This document shows positions 59,502 through 64,000 of a DNA stretch of 64,000 nucleotides, in pieces. The stretch covers positions 4,288,001 through 4,352,000 of the forward strand of contig OY970296.1 in assembly GCA_963716175.1 (NCBI GenBank), given 5' to 3'. The notes beneath the pieces are model-generated. The model ran no database searches and was not told the origin of the DNA. It was given only the letters and a program-made list of their open reading frames with translations. This DNA is from an uncultured Armatimonadetes bacterium (GTDB taxonomy: Bacteria; Armatimonadota; Hebobacteria; Hebobacterales; Hebobacteraceae). Both the position numbers and the translations under genes were made by a program. Within the stretch, counting starts at the first letter, position 1; each line of letters opens with the position of its first letter.

Positions 59502-61580
59502 CTACCAGCCATAGGAGACTGTTGACTGCACCCCCAGCGCGGCCGAGAGCGCCGCCAGGCCGGCCCGCGTGAGGTAGTCGCCCAACACCAGGCCGAAGAA
59601 GGCCGGTCGCATCTGACGATAGAGCCTCAACCCGCCGTAGCGGCGAACCACGGCGGTGAAGGCCCAGGCGATGAAGACGTTAGACCACATCAGGTAATTG
59701 GCGTTCCACGAGCTGGCCATGATGAACCCGATGGGGCTCAGAGGCCACCAGACGAAGCTAGTGTTGAGCCACACCAAAACCAGGGTGAACGCCCCCCCTG
59801 CCACCAGGGCCAGGCGCAGCGCGTTCACCGGGGTCTCCGGGCTGTTGAAGGTAGCTTCGAGCTCGCCAAAGGCGCTCTGCGGGTAATCGTACAGCCAGGT
59901 GCGGTTGGCGCCGCCATGGTGCTGGATCACCCACAGCAGCGCGGCCACACCGACCACCAGCATGATCGCCAGAGAAAGCCCAGCAGCCCAGGGCCAGCGG
60001 CGCCCCCGCAGCTGGCCGGTGTGCAGCAGCTTGAAGCTGTTCATCATCTGGGGCATAGCCAGGTTCATGGGGTCGTACATGTAGACCAGCGAGAGCAGGG
60101 TGCAGATGGTGAGGGAAGGCGCGCCCAGCGCAGTCGCGCCGACCGTACGCAATAGCACGCCCCGGGGGAAAACCGCGGTATCCACGAACATCACACCGCC
60201 CGCGGCCACCAGGCGCGAGGCCCCGACCAGCAGAGTGTAGAAGACGCCGATCAGTGCTGCGAACGACCACCAGGACATCCCTGCCTTCGTCACCCACCAG
60301 AGCATGAAGGCATTGCTGAGCACGAAGCCGAGCAGAGCCCAACGGCTGGCCAGAGGCCCGTAGGGATCGGGCTCCGACCCGCCTTGCCCCAGCAGTCCGA
60401 TCGCGGCCGACTTGATCGTCTTCCGGGACTGATAGAGCAGGGCTGCGCTCAGGGCGACGAATCCTCCCGCCTCTTCGAAGCCGATGAAAGCGCGAGGGTC
60501 AATGGTGTTGCCCGTCTGTCCTCCGCCCACCACGCCGAACTGGGCCCACAGCAGCAACTGCACACGATAGAGCACATAGAAGAGCCAGAGGCTGAGAGAC
60601 ACCTCACCCGGCACCAGACAGCTAATGCCGATCACTGGAAACAGTATGGAAGCGGCCACATCGGAGAGCACGCCCCAGGGCAGCTCCATGCCGGCAAACT
60701 CGCGCCCCAGGTCAATGATCCCAACACCGGGCGACGGTACGTTCGGGGACAAGGTGTGAAGCCAACCCAGAATCGAGCACGCGGCCGGGATGGCGAATCC
60801 GATCCAGAAGATGCGATTGTTGAGCAGACTCTTTCCGAGAGTGGGGAGGCCCTCGTTTCCGGTAATCGCGAGCGGAACCTCCACCAGGGGAAAGGTCAGT
60901 CGCTGCCGCTCTATCCAGTCCCTGCTCAGCAGCGCGCTCAGGCAGAACATGGCCGCCATCAAGCCCAGAGTGAAGCCAAACCAGGCGGCCATAGGCCTCA
61001 CCCAGACCGCCCAGGGAATCGCGACCTGGCTGGGCAACCCCTCCCAGTACCATTCGTTGGCTCGCAGGTTGTCAAGCCGCAGCCAGAGGGGGATGTAGGG
61101 CCAGATCAGGCTCTGCCAGTCGTTCTCCGGGCTGGCCATGTAGAATGGGTAGGTGGTGGCTCCCACCATATAGGGGATGCCGCCCTGCATCGCCAGGCCC
61201 ACGGAGACGATCATCATACCGTAGGCCGCCAGCAGCTCCCCGCGGGTGAAGGCGCGCTCCGGCCACAGCCGCACCAGGGCCCCGTTGAGCAGCACCAGGA
61301 GAAAGAGGACCACAATCGCCCCACCCAGCAGAGAGCCCGAACCCACGGACCAGACCCGGGTGACGAACGTCAGATAGGGGTTGGCGGCTGCCAGCACAGC
61401 CACCCCCACGGCGCCCAGCAGTATCGCGCGCGGACTCACGGGGAAGACCGCACGAACCTGCTCCGTGGGCTGTTGGCTGTCCGCGAGGTGGATAGGTGCC
61501 TGCCCAACTGGTCTGCTCATGACTAGTGCTTGCGGGGGAAACACCGCTGGGAGAGTATACGGGCCCTGCTGGCCGGTCAC
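59502..61580 (-). CDS. DUF6785/DUF6784-type membrane protein (paralog 3)
   Basis: FTRGELLAAY, WIERQRLTFP, WWPLSPIG, RYGGLRLYRQMRPAFFGL; alternative start at 61520. Confidence 0.78.
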   Translation of the reverse strand: MTGQQGPYTLPAVFPPQALVMSRPVGQAPIHLADSQQPTEQVRAVFPVSPRAILLGAVGVAVLAAANPYLTFVTRVWSVGSGSLLGGAIVVLFLLVLLNGALVRLWPERAFTRGELLAAYGMMIVSVGLAMQGGIPYMVGATTYPFYMASPENDWQSLIWPYIPLWLRLDNLRANEWYWEGLPSQVAIPWAVWVRPMAAWFGFTLGLMAAMFCLSALLSRDWIERQRLTFPLVEVPLAITGNEGLPTLGKSLLNNRIFWIGFAIPAACSILGWLHTLSPNVPSPGVGIIDLGREFAGMELPWGVLSDVAASILFPVIGISCLVPGEVSLSLWLFYVLYRVQLLLWAQFGVVGGGQTGNTIDPRAFIGFEEAGGFVALSAALLYQSRKTIKSAAIGLLGQGGSEPDPYGPLASRWALLGFVLSNAFMLWWVTKAGMSWWSFAALIGVFYTLLVGASRLVAAGGVMFVDTAVFPRGVLLRTVGATALGAPSLTICTLLSLVYMYDPMNLAMPQMMNSFKLLHTGQLRGRRWPWAAGLSLAIMLVVGVAALLWVIQHHGGANRTWLYDYPQSAFGELEATFNSPETPVNALRLALVAGGAFTLVLVWLNTSFVWWPLSPIGFIMASSWNANYLMWSNVFIAWAFTAVVRRYGGLRLYRQMRPAFFGLVLGDYLTRAGLAALSAALGVQSTVSYGW

Positions 61581-61676
61581 CTCCCCTACCCCGCGCTCTC
61601 ACCCGGGCCAGCGCGAGTTCGCAGCTCACATGGCGCGCGCCGCGCCCACACCGGATCGTCTGCCCTTGGCAGTCAG

Positions 61677-61706
61677 GGGACGGAGCGCGTGTCCGCGCTC
61701 CGTCCC
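61677..61706. other. Stem-loop between pilin-like paralog 4 and DUF6785 gene
   Basis: GGGACGGAGCGCG-TGTC-CGCGCTCCGTCCC, no U-tract. Confidence 0.7.
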
Positions 61707-61750
61707 TGGTCAAGCAGTTGCGTCAGGCGTCGCCAATGACACCAGCGCGG

Positions 61751-62770
61751 TTACGGGATGGGGGTGGGGCAGAGCCCCTCCACTGGTCGGCCCTCCGACA
61801 CCACGACGCCGTTGCTATTGCAGTAAGGGCGGACGGCGTTGAGTGCATCCGCGAGCATCCAGGAGGCGTGCCCGTCCATGAACCCGATGTTGGATCCCCC
61901 CAGGTGCCGGGTGAACTGGGCGCGGAAACTGGCGTCGGTGGGGAATCTCAGCATATCGTCCTCCGAAGCGAAGGCGCATTCGAAGGTCCACGGGCAATCC
62001 TCGGTGGCAACCGTCCCGCCGCAGGGGAGACGGCACAGATCATAGAGCATCAACTGCGAGAAGTAGATGGAGGGCTCGATGTTGACGTCGCCACACACCA
62101 CGAACCAGGCCGGATCGTCGACGCTCGAGGTTTTCAGGTCGAGGTTCTCGACGTCGTTGAAGCCAATGGTGGTCTCCACCGCGCCTCCGCCACTGGCACG
62201 GGCGGAGTCCCCCGCCGCGGACAGCGCCTGTTGGCGTATGCTATCGGTGACACTGCCGCCCCACCCAGGCGGAAATGTGGGGTCACAGGGCACGACTACG
62301 CTGTAGGAGTCACCCCATTGGCCCACGGTGTCCATCATGTATTGCAGCCATCCACCCGGCTGCGGGTCCGGCACGATCATCTTGGGAGTGCCGGCGTGCC
62401 TGGCGCTGGGGCACCGCCAGATGTCCCGGTTCTTCACATACTCGTCGAGGACCACGTACCACCTGAGAAATGGGTTGGCCCAGTTCTCCTGCCCGCAGCC
62501 TTCCGTGGGGCCATTGCCGCCGGGCCCGGTGTCGAAGAAGGCCTTGGCCTCCTGCCGATGCTCAGAGGGCGGCAACCGGTCGTAGTCGGTGAGATACATC
62601 TGGATAGCGGTAGCCGCATTCTTGACGTTCGCCAGGCATTGGATCTTGCGCGCTGATTCCCGCGCGCGAGCGAAAACCGGGAACAGCATCGCCGCCAGGA
62701 TCGCAATGATCGCGATCACCACCAACAGCTCGATCAGGGTAAAACCGCCTCTGCGTTTCATCGCAACCAC
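61751..62770 (-). CDS. Prepilin-type / H-X9-DG (DUF1559) Cys-rich protein, paralog 4
   Basis: [14 protein letters not shown]..; [15 protein letters not shown]; AAGGAGG RBS. Confidence 0.92.
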   Translation of the reverse strand: MVAMKRRGGFTLIELLVVIAIIAILAAMLFPVFARARESARKIQCLANVKNAATAIQMYLTDYDRLPPSEHRQEAKAFFDTGPGGNGPTEGCGQENWANPFLRWYVVLDEYVKNRDIWRCPSARHAGTPKMIVPDPQPGGWLQYMMDTVGQWGDSYSVVVPCDPTFPPGWGGSVTDSIRQQALSAAGDSARASGGGAVETTIGFNDVENLDLKTSSVDDPAWFVVCGDVNIEPSIYFSQLMLYDLCRLPCGGTVATEDCPWTFECAFASEDDMLRFPTDASFRAQFTRHLGGSNIGFMDGHASWMLADALNAVRPYCNSNGVVVSEGRPVEGLCPTPIP

Positions 62771-62903
62771 TCCACCCTCCTTAGGGACTGGGGTACGGCC
62801 AACCCACTGCGTCTCCGACTGCTTGCGCCCTGGGCTTTGCTCGGGGCAGGCCCTGCGGGCTCAACTCCTCTCGTCGGGGCGCGCAGATACCACACCCAGG
62901 GTA

Positions 62904-62985
62904 ATGGTACCCAGGGTTGAGACAAGGAGCAATGCCAGGGTGCGACCAGAATCGGCCATTTGAGGACATCTGCACAATCTGCACA
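62904..62985 (-). promoter_or_regulatory. Putative promoter plus tandem repeat (candidate AraC site)
   Basis: Minus strand TTGCTC-17 bp-TACCAT; upstream tandem TGTGCAGAT x2 (62968-62985). Confidence 0.55.
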
Positions 62986-63030
62986 AAGCGCCCCAAGGGG
63001 CTAGGATCGGCCTCCTGGGCCTGTCTCATG

Positions 63031-63906
63031 CTACGCGACAGCCCGCGAGGAGGTCTGGGCGCGGCGGTAGGCGCGAGGCGGAAGCCCAGCTATAGCCCGG
63101 AAGGCGCACGTGAAATGCGAGGGATCCGGATAGCCCACGTGGTCGGCGATCTCAGCGACCGAGAGCTTCGAGCTGGCGAGCAGCTCCATCGCCACGTTCA
63201 TGCGCAGCTCGCGCACGTGCTCGGAGAAGGGCTTGCCCACATGCTTGACAAACAGGCGGCTGAGGTGCCGAGGGCTGTACCCGAACCTGCTGGCGACATC
63301 GGCCGTCCGTAGCGAATGGCTCAGGTTCGCGCGACAAAAGAAGACGGCCGCGTCCAGTCTCGGCCAAGCCGACGGATCGCGAACATCAGATCCAGTTCGG
63401 CAGGTGAAGCTGCCACTCTCGAGACGGCGAAGCAGGACGTGCTCGAGATACCTGAGCAAGTACGCGATCGCGGTATCCCACCCGGGCCGGCGATGCGATA
63501 GCTCCGCGGCGGCCGCGGCCGCCACCGGCTCCACGTCTTCGCTGCCCACCAGATCAACCTGGATTTGCACCAGGGGCTCTGCGGCGGACAGATATGTGAC
63601 GTGAAATGGCTGGGCCAGGGTGCGGTCAACCGCGAAGCACGACAGCTCGTACGACTCGCCGGGGGTGTCGGGCAACTCTTCATGCTCCACCCCGGGATCT
63701 ACCACCGCCAGGCGGCCGGGACGAAGCGGAAGAGCCGCGTCAGGGGTGAGCAGACAGGCCCGGCCGCGGTGGACGAGGAAGAACTCGTAGCACTCCGAAA
63801 CGTGGCGGTTGACCGACTCGCTGTTTCGTCTCGCCAGGGCGGAACCCGCGCTGGCAGCAGCGTGCAGGAAGTCCTCCGGAGCGCGCTCGGCGCCGAGCGC
63901 GGTCAC
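63031..63906 (-). CDS. AraC family transcriptional regulator (cupin plus HTH)
   Basis: H..ECYE..G cupin with VDPGVEH; SPRHLSRLF, VAEIADHVGYPDPSHF..AF..GLPPRAYR. Confidence 0.93.
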   Translation of the reverse strand: MTALGAERAPEDFLHAAASAGSALARRNSESVNRHVSECYEFFLVHRGRACLLTPDAALPLRPGRLAVVDPGVEHEELPDTPGESYELSCFAVDRTLAQPFHVTYLSAAEPLVQIQVDLVGSEDVEPVAAAAAAELSHRRPGWDTAIAYLLRYLEHVLLRRLESGSFTCRTGSDVRDPSAWPRLDAAVFFCRANLSHSLRTADVASRFGYSPRHLSRLFVKHVGKPFSEHVRELRMNVAMELLASSKLSVAEIADHVGYPDPSHFTCAFRAIAGLPPRAYRRAQTSSRAVA

Positions 63907-64000
63907 GCTCTCCTCAAATAGCCGCCACGAAACAAACTTGGACCTGTCGCGAATCTCGCAGGCTCCGGTCAGGCTAACTCCTAGATCAGCTTCGCCATCG

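Noticed and set aside
20649-62770. Diversity-generating retroelement or cassette-switching of pilin-like genes
   Set aside because: No reverse transcriptase, recombinase, template repeat or silent cassettes; each paralog has its own RBS, and divergence is not adenine-specific by eye

Overview
GC-rich bacterial window, most likely from an Armatimonadota-like genome. That assignment is an inference from the paralogous prepilin/H-X9-DG (DUF1559) proteins, the DUF6785-type membrane proteins and the SLH protein. About three quarters of the window is glycan/peptide catabolism and envelope genes: two GH4, a GHL10-like hydrolase, a PL26/YetA-like lyase, a heparinase II/III-like protein, a beta-helix protein, three Gfo/Idh/MocA oxidoreductases, orphan sugar-ABC permeases, an MFS, a flippase, UbiA and an S-layer protein. 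Interleaved with these are four Cys-rich pilin-like paralogs and three ~660-aa DUF6785-type polytopic membrane proteins. One locus reads AraC -> pilin-like -> DUF6785 -> GH4, suggesting an undescribed PUL-like uptake system. 48.6-58.0 kb is an apparently complete gas-vesicle cluster (gvpA, C-like, N, O, V-like, H/Hsp20, CDC48, F/L, G, L, J-K fusion, J) whose gvpA is preceded by a sigma70 promoter and a structured leader with an intrinsic terminator. Also present: a DUF5131/TcmP pair, a membrane-anchored stand-alone MshEN protein, an internally deleted S53 peptidase, REP-like repeats and two copies of an IS-end-like palindrome. About eight single-base frameshifts probably reflect sequencing/assembly error. 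No rRNA, tRNA, CRISPR array or transposase was seen. All family assignments come from motif recognition by eye, not from database searches.
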